Part shown: piece by piece, positions 24,801-36,972 of the stretch
Layout: each line of letters opens with the position of its first letter
How positions within the stretch are numbered: the first letter of the stretch is position 1
Source: Klebsormidium nitens
Lineage: Eukaryota > Plantae > Klebsormidiophyceae
Direction: 5' to 3'
Assembly: GCA_000708835.1 (NCBI GenBank)
Contig: DF236973.1
Coordinates: 104,548-168,547 of the forward strand
Length of the DNA: 64,000 nucleotides
Position numbers and translations under genes: made by a program
The notes under the pieces: generated by a model
Databases searched by the model: none
Told to the model about the DNA's origin: nothing
The model's input: the letters and a program-made list of their open reading frames with translations, nothing else

Positions 24801-27800
24801 ATTTGTCTCTTTATCACCTCTCGTTTTGGAATCTTATGGGGTTCTAGAAATATTGTGGGACCCTCGAGTGGATCGTGACATTGAGTGAGTTTGTACATGA
24901 ACATTACCTCCCTTGACTTCAGCAAGTCGGGTCCCAGGGAAATAGAAGGGTTCTGTCTTTCTATCACCTCGTCTGCTCACTGTCCGGGCTTCTTATGGAT
25001 GCAAGTTCAGGTATTCAGCTTTAGAATTCCCAAACAAAGGGTCCACTCCAGATGACAGCTTTGCTTAAAGAGGGCGTCTGACCACGTGGTACCTTGGCGG
25101 CGACTTCGCATGATATACTGCGTTCGTGTCGCCGAGATTTCGACGACGCAGTATCGGGTACAGCGATCAGAACCGCGGGCAGACAATCAATCTGGTTGCC
25201 AGGGCGTTACGGGTCAAACGACGCCCCCTGTAAAGTTGGAATCGTATCACTCTCCAGGTGGTCCGGCTGTGCCGGCAGCACATGCTGTACAGCGCGCTCA
25301 TCTACGTCTTCTCCAGCGGCCTGGACGACTTCGTGACGCCCCTCGAGGAGCTGCTCGCGGTCGCGCGGGACACGCAGAGCGCGCATGCGCGCGCGTTTGG
25401 GTGAGGACAATCAAGTCCAACTTTGCTAACAAGTCCAATAAGCAATCTTGAATCCACCTTGTCAATCAAACAGGGTAGCACCTGCAAGAGATGCCTAGCT
25501 TTCGCCAGCAAGGGCGGGCTAGTCTGTCCTTACTCATCAAGAGTGACCTTAACCCTTCGCAACGTTAACCTTGAACAACCTCTGAAAACAAACCCTGGAT
25601 TGGATGCGTCGCCTTGCAATCTTGTCCTAGCCGGTTGCGTTTCTTGGATACGCACTCGCTTCGATAGCCGGTTTGTTGCAAGGCCGTCAAGGTAAACTGG
25701 TCCCTGAAGTCGTCGAGAATCTGCTTTTGGTTTCTCCGTTTTTTCTTAGTCCCCACGAATCGACCAAAGCATGTGCCAGAAGCTAGTCTTACACAAACCA
25801 AATCCACAGCGTTTAGACGCCTGGAATAGCTGCCTGCTGCTACAAGCTCTTCATCACATCAATGGATCAGATGCGGCGCTGATCTGATCTGCTTTTATGA
25901 GCGGCAGCGAAGAAACACTCAAATCCGCCCTGTTCAATTAGCGATGCATTTTCGTTCCGGTTTTTGTGACGTCTCTTTTGATCCACAAGCTCTAGATGCT
26001 TCAATGTTGGATCGCTTCTAAGTATACAGATCACCGCCCCTGCCGGAGCAAGGAGGTCTTCTGGAGCTCAAGTCTCTCCCGGTGCTCCTTTGCTGATGAT
26101 AGTGGCAATCATTCCTGAAATCGACGAATCAAATCAAGCGTGGTTGTAACGTTTTGCAGAGCTTTGTTTCCTAATTTCTCCCAGTACAAGCTGTTGGTCA
26201 ATTTGAAGCACTCCTTCCTGGGTCTCGCCTTCCCCTCGGGCTTCCGACACTTACTCTTCGGCCGCTGGAAAAAGGAATACGGATCTCAAGCACGTCTTGT
26301 ATTTTCACCAGGTACAAGCTGTTGGTCTACTTGAAGCACTGCTTCCTCGGCCTCGCCTTTCCCCCAGGCAACGGCCCCCTCGACCCGGGGCGCCTGCCGT
26401 CCCTCCGGTCCGAACTCATAAACTTTCTTTGCGCGTCCGAAGCGTCCGGACACGTCAGCGGAGCTTCCAATGACGTGAGCAAGGCTGAGGCAAACGGGCG
26501 CACAGGCGAAGGGGACAGCGTCGAAAAGGAGACCAGATTCGCTAGACTACGCTATCTACTGGGTCTCGATACTGAGGCGGCCTTAAGAGTTCTGAGCGCA
26601 GCGTTTCCGGAATCGGGGCCGCTCGCAATTGGCAGGTTTGGGGAAGGGTTCCAGGGCGACCGGGGGGAGGTTACGGAGCCAACCGACGAGGTTAGAGACC
26701 AGGTTGGGGATAACGGAGAGCTGAAAAGCGCGGAAATGGCGGAACGGGTCTTGAGCAACGACGAAGCGTCGACTTCGAGCCCCGGGAAATTGCGACTGCG
26801 GAAAGTGGGGGCGCGGCTTGGAAAGCGGTTTTTAAACGGCGTCGGCTCTTGGCGAGGGGGGGTGGATTCGCCTGGTGGGCCGCCCCCCGGACATGGAGAA
26901 GCTCCCGTTGACATTGTTGCCGGGGGGGAGGACAGCGCACAGAACGAGAGAACGGAGGCGGGGGCTTCAAGCGATGGAGACGCGCTTGTGCAGATGGTTG
27001 TGGATGCTCTGATCGAGATTTGCAGATCGGAGGAGGGGGGACTGTCAAGCTCAGTGCGGGATGGAAGTGTGAACTCAAGCCCCGGCCGTGCTTCAAAGGC
27101 TGACACCGCCAGCCAAATGTTCGAATTCTGCGCTCGGTTCATAGCTACCGGGCACGCGGTTGTCTCCCCTAGTGTTCTCGACTGGCTCATCCGACGGCTG
27201 TGTGGAGCCCGGGGCAAGTCACCGGGCGCTTCCGATAAACACGGTTCAAGAGCTAACCCACGCGCTAACCCAGCGAAGCACGCACGGGCCGACTCCTCGG
27301 AAGCCGTCGTCGTTTCCCTTCTAAAGGGCGCTCTCGGCTTGCCAAAGCCGCTGGGAACTCTAACGGGTTTTGACGCGGAGGGTTTACTTGTGTTAACGGA
27401 CGGTTTAGGCTTTTGGCACGCGGCCGCCCTGCTGCACGCGGCTCAAGGGCGCTTTGCCGCAGCGCTGGATTCGCTGCTGAAGGACCCCAGCCTGGCGGAA
27501 GAGGCGTTTGCGTTCGTCAGCAAGTACCTGAGCGGGGATCCCTCGGAGGGGGTGCAAGCAGGTGGGCTGACGTCACAGCTGCATTGGATCATGCTAAAGC
27601 GTTGGGTGCAAGAGCGAGAGGAACGTGGCAGCACAAAAGTAGAAGCGGAATGTGGAAGCGCAAAAGCAGAAGCGTACTTCTGCTTTTGCGCTTTTCTCCA
27701 TCTACCATGCTACTGTTAGCTGCGTTCGTTTCTGCAAAAGTTGGGGATCGGTGTAAATCTGCAAAAGTTGGAATTTGGTGTTAATCTGCTAAGGACTGAG

Positions 27801-30800
27801 CACGACGAGACCGACGAGACTTTGTACCAATCCGCTTCGGAAATTGGTACCTGAACTGTCGATCCTGCTGTCGGTGCTCTTAACTTTCTCAGTGCCGAAT
27901 CACGACCGCCAGCTGACCACTGTCGGCACACCACAATGAAGACTGCTGACATCTCTCCGTGACAATCACAAGGAAGCCTCGTACTCTTACGATACTGCCT
28001 TGTCTGACTTGTTGCACGACGACTCACACTGGTTCGGTATCCATACCCGTTTCAGATAGTTCGTTCGGTTGACCAGCCTTTCTCTTCACCAATTCCTTTC
28101 TGTTTTGGACCGCCTCCGTGCTCTGCTTCATCTCTTAACGCCAACCACTCGCCTTTTGATTGAAAACGCCAATCCCTTGGCTCTTGACACTGCAGACGCC
28201 GTCCGTTCTGCCGTGCTGGCCCGCCTCCCCGCCCTAGTTCGCCTCGACGCCAACGCGGCCGCGTGCATCGTCGCGGACCACCTCGCCTCCGACAACGACC
28301 GGGTGCTCAAGGCCCTGGGGTCATTCCCCGACCTCCAGTTCGCCTATCTCAAGGGCATCGTTACCGCTCAGGCAGTAACGGTGGCGCCCGGGGTGGGCGG
28401 ACCCGGGACGTCGAAGCTGGGGGATTTGTTGCAGCGGGCGGGGATCGAAGTCACGGATGAGGTGAGAATCATTTGCAGCGTGTCGCTTTTTGAGATGGAG
28501 ATCCAGGGGTTTCTTGATCGGAGTTGAATTGATCAGAATCGATCTGATCTTGGTTGATCTGGACAAAGCTTTTTGAGCTCAAGCGGGCGGAACAACGGGG
28601 AAGTGACCGGCGCTTGTACCTGCCACTGCTTTGTTGACGGCTGGCACTTTTGGGCTTTGAAGTGTCATTTTGCGGCTGAATGTTTTCTACGTTCATCACT
28701 TGGTCGACATCTGAAGCTGTCCTGAAGTGCTTGCCAGAAAAGGCGACTCGCTCCGCCATTGCAGATGGCAGAGTCGTACGTGGTTTCGATGTAACGATTC
28801 GAGCGTGGCAGCGCACTCCCCTTCTCGGAGCACCGCATCATTTTTTACCAACTGATCCCCCTGGTATCGAATTTTCGTGCGCTCATTCGAGGATCATGAA
28901 GTATGAAACTTAAGAGATCCGCTTCCCCACTGCAGATGGCGGAACTGTACGTGGGTCTGATGTGCCGCTTCGAGCCTGGCAGCGTGCTCCCCTTTTTGGA
29001 GAGCCACCAAGCGTACCGCCTCGAGCAGTGCCTCGCGCTCTGTCAGCGCTTCGGGGTGACCGACGCATCAGCGTACCTTCTCGAAAGGTAGAGTCCTTGA
29101 TTTAAATCTTGCAATTTGTCATGCTGTTAGTCTCCGACCTTCTGTCCGCTGTTTTCCCCGGCTCGCAAAGATTGCTTAGAAGGTTTGGTCATGTCTTATC
29201 ATAATCAGCAGGGGCGATTGGTAGGAGTGCATCTACAGCGCCCATTCATAACTTCGATTTAGCGGCCAGGCAGAAGCAAAAATGGTGACTGTAGATCGAT
29301 GATAAAAGTTGGGATCAGGCTTTGATGAACGAGCCCTGATATGACGGAAGAGCAAGTAGAAGATCCATCGGATTCCTGTGAAGAGCCCACGATCGCTCCT
29401 CTGCATCCGGCCCGTTAGAGATGTCGCCCAACCGAGCCTTAAAAGAAGCGCGGGTTGTTCCCTTGCTTCAAGAATCACCCTCTTGTCCCCTTAATGTTCC
29501 CCGTTTCTGAAAGCCAGTCGTAGCAAGTCAAACGACGTCCGCTGACGTCACAGCTCGTGTTCTCGCAGGATGGGTGACGTCGGCGCCGCCCTCAACCTCG
29601 TCCTCAGCCAAGTCACTGCCAAGATGTCCGCCCTTGACGCTGCGGTCGCTGCACGCTTCTCTGGCGCGCACACGGACGACTTTTTGGAGGGCGACCTTCC
29701 GGATTTATCGGACCTGCCGGAGCTGCCGGCGGCCGAGAAAGCGCTAGAGGTCGCCGTGGCGTTGTGCCAGCGCAACACGCAGCGGATGGACCCCCGGGAA
29801 ACGGAGGCGCTGTGGTTTCGGCTGGTGCGGCAGTACATGGAGCCTCTCAGGGGGCTGAAAGAAGGGGCAGCTCGCGGGGGGGTAAAAGGGACCAGTGCCA
29901 AGGGGGGGGGAGACTACCCGGCTTTTCAGCGGGAGAAGGGTAGCGACGGTGTGAATGGGCACGGGCCGAACGGAAGGAAGAGCACTGGGGGGCTAAAGGG
30001 GGGCACAGGACGCGGGGAGGGGGGTGCTTTGCAGTGCGCAGGCAACCCCCCCGCGGCGCGCGCGCTGCGGCGGGTGCTGGCACGGTTCATCAGTGCGATC
30101 ATGTATGCTATGATGGGCCACGTGCCTTTGGGAACAATTCTTAACAAGATTCTGCAGGATCATGGGGGGGATGAGTTTGGGGACTTCAAGGGAACCATTT
30201 TGGGCATGCTTGGGACGTTTGGCTACGAGCGCGAGATTCTGCGCACCGCTCGGGACCTCATAGAAGACGACACGTGGCAGTCCCTGGACCAACTGAAGCG
30301 GCTGCGGTCGCACGGGCTGGCGCCGAACCGTGCCACGTGTTGCGTGTGCGAGCGGCAACTGAGTGAAAAGCCGCCGCAAGGAGGGGGTAGTGAAGATGGG
30401 CAGAACGCGGGGGGCACCAGCGTGCCTACTTCAAAAGCACCCCCCCGGAAGAAGCGGAACCCGTCCCAGGAAAAGCTGCCGGCCTTGCGCGTATTCGTCT
30501 GCGGGCACGTCGCGCACGCCGCCTGCGCTGAGGCGGGGGGGTTGGATTGCCCCGTCTGCGGACCCCCCGGAAAGGTGGAGCTGAGCGACGCGCACGACAA
30601 GGGCAAGCGGCCCCTGGTTGAGGAAAACGAGTCGAGCTCGGGCGGGGGGTTGGGCGGGGGTTTGGGGATCTTAACCCGGGGGGTTCAGCCGCAAAACTCA
30701 CCGAGTCAGCGGTCTCGGCTGGCTTTGTTGCGGGACTTAGATCGGGGTAACGACTTCTACGGAAGGAGTGAGGGGCTGCAGTTGGCGCCCCCTCCGGTGG

Positions 30801-30928
30801 CGCAAACCCCGAGCTACGTGGAGCGGAAACCGGGGAGGCTGCCACGGCGGGCGGTCTACTCGTCATCGGCGCATGGTAAGGAGCAAGCGATGGTGTCACG
30901 TAGCGGACGCACGCCAGACAAGAAATAG
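15811..30928 (+). CDS. VPS8: Vacuolar protein sorting-associated protein 8 (CORVET subunit): WD40 region, Vps8 core, CHCR and C-terminal RING-like finger
   Basis: Exons 15811-16863, 17458-17649, 18136-18377, 18967-19117, 19498-19832, 20347-20509, 20874-21352, 22144-22327, 23126-23299, 23699-23795, 24606-24772, 25258-25400, 26312-27561, 28196-28461, 28936-29087 and 29569-30928, with consistent phases. Motifs: EEGAAAQPMQLEG, VGGVAIEFCVHI, FLELLEPYIL, WLQRVEQCVLHM, YLKHCFLGLAFPPG and CCVC...CGHxxHxxC...CPVC. The 5' exon boundaries are less certain. Confidence 0.93.
21900..22030 (+). repeat. Degenerate upstream copy of the acceptor plus start of VPS8 exon 22144
   Basis: cctctgcag|taccatcaaagcgtacttacaactcggtcgcagcgcgcgggcccgccatgttcgtgctcggcc (AG at 21953) versus the real cctctgcag|tcccgtcaaagcgtaccacaactctgtcgccgcgcgcggccccgcaatgttcgtgctcggcc (AG at 22143). 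Confidence 0.88.
24280..24605 (+). repeat. Two upstream echoes of the acceptor plus start of VPS8 exon 24606 (period ~155 bp)
   Basis: cag|gcacgtttcaggagccgtatttttgaaggatacg (AG at 24294) and tacag|gcacattcttggagctatcagagc (AG at 24448) versus the real tacag|gcacgttcctggagctgctggagccgtacattctgaaggacacg (AG at 24605). Confidence 0.88.
25835..26311 (+). repeat. Graded echoes of the start of VPS8 exon 26312
   Basis: A strong copy at 26184 (cag-tacaagctgttggtcaatttgaagcactccttcctgggtctcgccttcccc) and weaker acaagctct.. copies at ~25985 and ~25842. Confidence 0.75.
28745..28845 (+). repeat. Upstream echo of the acceptor plus start of VPS8 exon 28936
   Basis: ccattgcag|atggcagagtcgtacgtggtttcgatgtaacgattcgagcgtggcagcgcactcccct (AG at 28764) versus the real ccactgcag|atggcggaactgtacgtgggtctgatgtgccgcttcgagcctggcagcgtgctcccct (AG at 28935). 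Confidence 0.88.
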
Positions 30929-32603
30929 GGGTTTTAGGATATTCCGTGTTCTGCGAAATTGTCTACATTGGGTCCTTCCTTCTGGGTCCGAGTAACCGAT
31001 CCGACAGGAAACGCATCAAAGGAACGGAAGGATAGACGTTGGTTTTCATGCACAAATCTCTGACCAAACGCGCGCTCCTTCCGAGAGGGCAGTATGAGAA
31101 GGTTTGACACAGTGAGAAGGTTTTTTCCGCTTCGACAAAGTCCTGCCTGAGAAGGCTGTAGTCCATTGTAGAGCTTTCGCTCATTTCTTGCTGGCACACG
31201 AATTGTGTCCAAGTAGTGCGCTCTGCTCATGTATTCTCGCACCTTCAATTCCCCGACTGATCATCGCGCTTGACTTGCTGCTGCTAATGCAGAGGTGGCC
31301 TAGATTGCTCGAATCACCCTTTAATTAACTGCTTTGTGGGCATTTGTGTGCAGGGTTGGGTTCCGCAAGCACTCGCTACAGCAGCCCCATCGAGGAGGAC
31401 GACCTTACATAGCTTCGGGGCGGCCAGCGGCTCTCTGCGGGCCGTTCCTTTATTCTACAGATCGAGATCACAGTTCGATGCAGAGCGTAGCTCAATGCGA
31501 GTCGTTCGATGCAAAGACTTATACTTCAACGGACGTCAGCCTGCAAATCCGCTTGCCTTGTCGGTTTCAAGACTAAATACAAAACTCCGACGCATCTACT
31601 TTCACGCCGTAATGGTAAGGTGCTCTGCATGTCACTGTGCCAAAATATCAAGCTCAGCTACGCATTTCGGACGGTTGTGCACATTTGCATTTGTTGCATG
31701 TCAACTGGCCGGCTCTTGGATTTGCGAGCGGTCGTAGGACGGTATCGTCGGACTGTACGTACGACTTCATTGTTTGCATGCCTTTCATCGCAGCCTTCTG
31801 TGTAGCTGCGGGAAATTTGCTGATGCACAAACTGATCATAGCTGCACACGCTAACCGTTCGTGCACAGCCCAACGCGTCGGCCTGCCACTTGTCAAGGCA
31901 TTGGCAGCGCTTTAGTACAAGAATCGAACTTTTTCACACATGCATCGTATACTGCGCAGTTTCAGTTCATTTGCACATGATGCTCTACTTGATAAGTAAG
32001 ACGCGGTCTGGCCCACATGACTGATGCTGATATAGCTCTCAAAGTGCGCTCTTGCAAACGTGTGCTCTCAAACGTGCTGCGCCAGCATTGGCACCCTCAA
32101 CCGTCCATGACATGTCATGGATGGTATGACTGCAGTCAGATATAGCTGGCTGCACTTTTATTCATTTGTTGCATGCACCCGTGAGTTTGCCGTGCAGCAA
32201 ACTCACGTGTGGAATGCAGTCAAATCATTTGAGGGAGAAACTTGAGCTCAATCAAGTGCAGCTTCAGCATGCACATTACAGCATAACCGAAGCGATGCAA
32301 CCAATTGAAGTGCGTTACGGTTGAGGCGTTCCGACACTGAAAGCCAGAGTCAGCCCCGTCGAAATCCTGCAGGCTGGATGATGGGTGCAGCTTTAGCAAG
32401 GACTTGTACAAGTCTGCGACAAAGGCTTTATAGCACCGTGGCCGTTTTTAGACACGAAGATGTTTCATCCTTGATCTACATAGATTGTGTCAATGAAGCA
32501 AACTTCATAAGTCCCATCAGAAGCAAAGCGAAGGACTAGCGTATCACAAAAGCAACCGTCTGCAACCATTGAGTGCACTGCCTACTCGATACTAGCACTC
32601 CTA

Positions 32604-35600
32604 TCATTGCGGTATAGAGGTCTCTATGATTGGAGAGCCCGGTGGTAATTTACCAAGACCAGGAAGAATGACCTTGAAACTTCTAGGCATAGGGGTAGGA
32701 TCGTAGTTCAGTCCCTGCAACACGAGCCCTGCACGAAGATCAAAATTGCCATCAGAAGCACGCGAACGGTATCTTCCTCGAGCCTCAGAAAACGTTGGAT
32801 GGAATCAAAATCTGCTGGAGTTGACAGAAAAGAAGACGCTACGTCCGTCCTACTTAGTAAGTGGTGAACGAACTTATATTGGGTGGAGTGTCTGGGCCCC
32901 ACCAGCTTCTTCGCAAAATTAGCGGCATTTTAAGCATGACTAGCGAATTCGTGGCTCGGACAGACTGTCGTAGCGGCCTGATGCTGGTGCTTGAGAAGAC
33001 CTTTCTGAAGCGCACGTCTCAAAATCGACGGCTGCAAACGCCCACGTCTCCTGTTTAGCAACTCCGCTTCAAAACCAGTGACTCTCCCGCAGTCGTCTGT
33101 GTTGCTCGTTATAATGAGCCAGCTCACCAGAGTGCTGATCATCGAAATGATCTACTCCTCCTACAGAGCAGGCCGTTGCTTGCTCCTCGTTACTTCGTTA
33201 CTGACAACATTAACAACTGTACCAAAAGCATGTCTAACGATTGGTTCATCTCTCGTGGAGCTGATACCGGGTAGTGCAGATAACAACGCTGCGCAGAATT
33301 ACGACAACAGACGAGTCAGAAAAGAAGTTAAAAAAGGCAGAAGATGGAGTGCTCACCATGGCTCGTGATGCCCTCCACCTCCGTGGGCGGCAGATTCGCG
33401 ACAAAGAGCACCTTCTTCCCCACCGCGTCTTCGACGTCCATCACGTACTTGCACTGCGACACGACGGTGCGTGTCTCGGATCCAATATCCACCTGCAAAA
33501 GAAGTTCACGACTTCAGTGAATGCACTCTGTCGTTGTCTGAGGCACTCTGTGGGTTTCCCCGTTTCCGAACCGCTGTACCTGAAATACAGAAGACAACGA
33601 GCCATCGTGACTGTCATTCTTTTCCAGAAATACGGTTTGTGAGCCCCTGAATCTCGTGTCCTAAACCGCGGTATCGGAGATGACAAAACTAACGAGCGAC
33701 TGTTGCCTTGATATTTGTTGCTTTTTGTGGGTCTAAAAGGTACCATTTTAAGTGCATATGACAGCGACTTCGATTCAAAGTGACGTTCGAGCATTACTCT
33801 CAAAAGCCACCACGTTTCGAGAAATTCTAGGCGCACTCGTGACGGTATGTGAATGCTTGCTTTTATCCTTGCCGAGCACAAAACTACTATCCTAATCTCA
33901 ATCCAAAATGAATGGCAGACACGAGCAGTTAAGCTTCCAAATTCAGATCCGAGTGTAAGCATTTGCATGTCTTACGGAAAGAGTCAGCCCCAATATCTAG
34001 ATCCAAGCGAGGGATCTCGAGCTGACAAGCTAAATCTTCATTCAGTCAAAACCTCCCACGGTCTTTTCGAAGAGAGGAACATGCAAACCTGAGAGGAGTT
34101 TGTGCTTTTCAAAGCGATTACCCACAGACCACCGAGTCAGACATCAAGAGTAGCGCCAAAGTCTACACTAGCATGGCGCAGTATCTTAAGCACACAGATA
34201 GTTCTTCTACACCTTGGCGGGTGGAAATCCACCGAGCGCCCCCAGCACACGAAAGTTGTCCCCCAGACTCAACTATGAACTTCCCGACAATGCCGCCAGA
34301 GTACCTTCTCACCTTGAGTTGCAGAAACTTGCGGCTCATAGTCGGCTTGCCCCGCTTTTCGGTCATCTCCTTGTCGGGAACAGCCTTTGCGTCAGTCTGC
34401 AGGATGAAGTAAGGCAGCTTCTTAGCTTCGAAAGCGAGTACGAGACCACTAGAAAGGGGTATGATACGTAGGTGAAGCAGCCGAACGCCTTAGTCCGATT
34501 ACCTGTAATGCTGGTCAAGAGCAGGCCTGTTGATGGCGGTTGAGTTCAGACTTGAAGTTTTCAAAGCTAGGAACAGAGTCTTCTGCGTTGACGAATTCGA
34601 CATGAGTGAAACATGACAGACCGAGGGGCTTTCAGGTCTGAATGAGAATAGCATCCGCGTCTTGCATTCGAAGGGCTTTGACTCAATAGAGTGTTTGAAA
34701 AGCCACCCACACCTCAGAAGCAGGGCCTGAATCCCTTCCTGGGACCCAAACCTCGCTGCGTGATTTCTGATATCAGAAGACATGGCCTATTGAACAGCTT
34801 TCTGTTCTTGCTAGGGAAGCATGCAATATTCTGATTCACAATCATGCGGGACCAGAACACTAGAAGGAGCAGACGTTCCCACTTACCACCAAGCCAACCC
34901 GGATGTCAACCTTGGCGAAGTCGCTAAAGCCTATTTGTTCTTTGATCTTTGGACATGTACTCCTGTCCACTTCTGCTGCCTCCGTCTGGGTGTGCGCTCG
35001 AACACCCGCCGCAAGTGGCCGGAAGTTCTTGTGCTTTTGTGGTAAGAAGAGACCTGGGCAGCGCGCCTGATGAGTCAGAAGTCAGGACAAGCTCTGATAC
35101 TCTTACCCCATCTAGGCCCACAATTATTGGTGACGCCAACTCTTGGAGTGACAACATAACTTGATGTCTAGCAGGCAGCCTGTGCTTTTCACTTCTGTCT
35201 CACAACACTTCCTTTCTATGCTGATTGTGCTCGAAATCTCCTCCCAGGGGAGCGAGCATCTGGAAAGTACAAAAAGATGTTTGTGCGACCTGTGCTCATC
35301 TCCTGATGGATTCCAGAACGAAGGTAAGGGCACCACTCAAGTGAGGTCAGCAATCAGTCACCGTAGAAGCATCGGCGCATCACTCAATTGAGAAATTGCT
35401 CTCTCCTTAAACAAAGAAGTGGAGAAGTGAGACTGTAACATCAAGTGTGAAACAGTATGGTGATGTAATCAAGGGACATGCCGCTCCTTGCCAAAGAGCA
35501 AATTGATTGAACGACAAGCAGTCCACAAACCAATGGTAATCTGAATCATAGTGATACATATGCAGGGGTGGTGCAGCCAAATAAACCCATTTCTTGATGC

Positions 35601-35941
35601 AATTGTTCTGACTTGCAGTCAGAGTTTCTTTGTCACCAAGGAGTCTGCATTGAGAGTGAAACAAAGTCGAGGAGTCGCCACTTGCAATTGCACCAACGAC
35701 TCACAAATGACCATGAATCGGAGCCACTGCTTTATAAAGGAATCTTTAAAAGAAACAATTCTTCTCAATGTAACCACTCACTACTGACGTCGGGTCTTCT
35801 CAGCATTCTTCCTGCCCCACTCATTCGGCTCGCAGGTTTTATCGGCACCCGGTGGCAGAGACAAGTTTCTGCGTTCTGGGAGGCGCATTTTGAAACCAGA
35901 GTGAATGCACCTCCTTGCGACAGCAATTGAGAGGCAGCCAT
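32604..35941 (-). CDS. Stand-alone tRNA-binding OB-fold protein (Trbp111/CsaA/EMAP-II-like), ~225 aa, with an organellar transit-peptide-like N-terminus
   Basis: Exons 35941-35789, 35066-34887, 34396-34313, 33492-33357 and 32728-32604 (678 nt) splice to ...IGFSDFAKVDIRVGLV|TDAKAVPD...RKFLQLK|VDIGSETRTVVSQ...AVGKKVLFVANLPPTEVEGITSHG|LVLQG...LPPGSPI, which is the tRNA_bind consensus. The ORF track misses this gene. Exon 1 is the least certain. Confidence 0.85.
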
Positions 35942-36972
35942 GCTAATATAGGTTTGTGTATGCGCCTCAAGAATTCGCAATGCGAGGAGAATCAGAGAAT
36001 GTCGCGATCTCTGCGGGCGCAAGCTGGATTTTGGTGAGGCAACTGGCCGATTATTAGATAATAATGACTTAACCAAAGCTAACCGAAGCCAACCAGTAAA
36101 ACGGGGCGGCGCGGCCGGCCCAGCCCGCGGCCACGCGATGCGCAGCCGCCGCGCCTACTTATGTATATTGACATGCGCCGGTTAACAGCCAAGCATTCTA
36201 CGAACAAAACAAATCAACATGAGCTCTCGATCAGTACAATTAGGCCAACCGTTTCTTCGGAACGCTTTTGTATGTAAAACAGAAATCTTACGAGCTTTCC
36301 CTTCATAGCTAGAGGCTCCGTCGCACTACATGCACGTACCCGTACCCCATGACTGCTTCTTGTGTGACGATGGTCAAACTAAGTTCACCCGCAGCCGAAG
36401 CAACGGCATTCTTGTTGAGTCTCGTATCATCAGACGACCCTTGCAATATTCGTCCCTTATATACAAGAAACAATGGAGGTTCATGGGTCGCTGTAAATCC
36501 ATACATGTGCATCGAATGGCAGCATGCTGCAGCAATCCAAGTGAATATAGTCGGACATACGATTAGCTCGACATAATCAGGTATATGCAATATGCAAATG
36601 CAACTTGCAATGCTTAAGGAGGATGCTGGACTCAAAGGTTGCGTTGGCAATGAATAAAACGGATCACCATGGATGATCTTGGTGATGCCGCATGGCCACT
36701 GCCGATTGACAACGCTTGTAGCTGCAGTCTTCCGAATCGGACGTTTTTGCCTTTTACGCTCACCTAAGCGTTTCAAGACGCCGGTGCTAACCACCGCACC
36801 TTGATTGGATGACATAAAGGTAAGAAGGCAACCAAAATTGTGAAAATCTGGTTCTTTATTTTCGAATAAGATGATCAGTCCTGACGACGTAGCTGGCGCA
36901 TCTTATCAGAAAGGTCCAACAATTATTTGGACACGGACGTATGTACAGGTCTGAGACTAGAGGGCAAAAGCA

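Noticed and set aside
31000-32500. Intergenic stretch with many overlapping short ORFs (similarly 800-1880, 10300-11380, 46400-47700)
   Set aside because: No recognisable protein motifs, no consistent splice chain and no TE termini found. A decayed transposon cannot be excluded without a database search.
34499-34790. Possible extra exon (MSSDIRNH...ALLLRCG) in the tRNA-binding gene
   Set aside because: The domain is complete and in phase without it (RVGLV|TDAK), and its splice phases do not fit cleanly.
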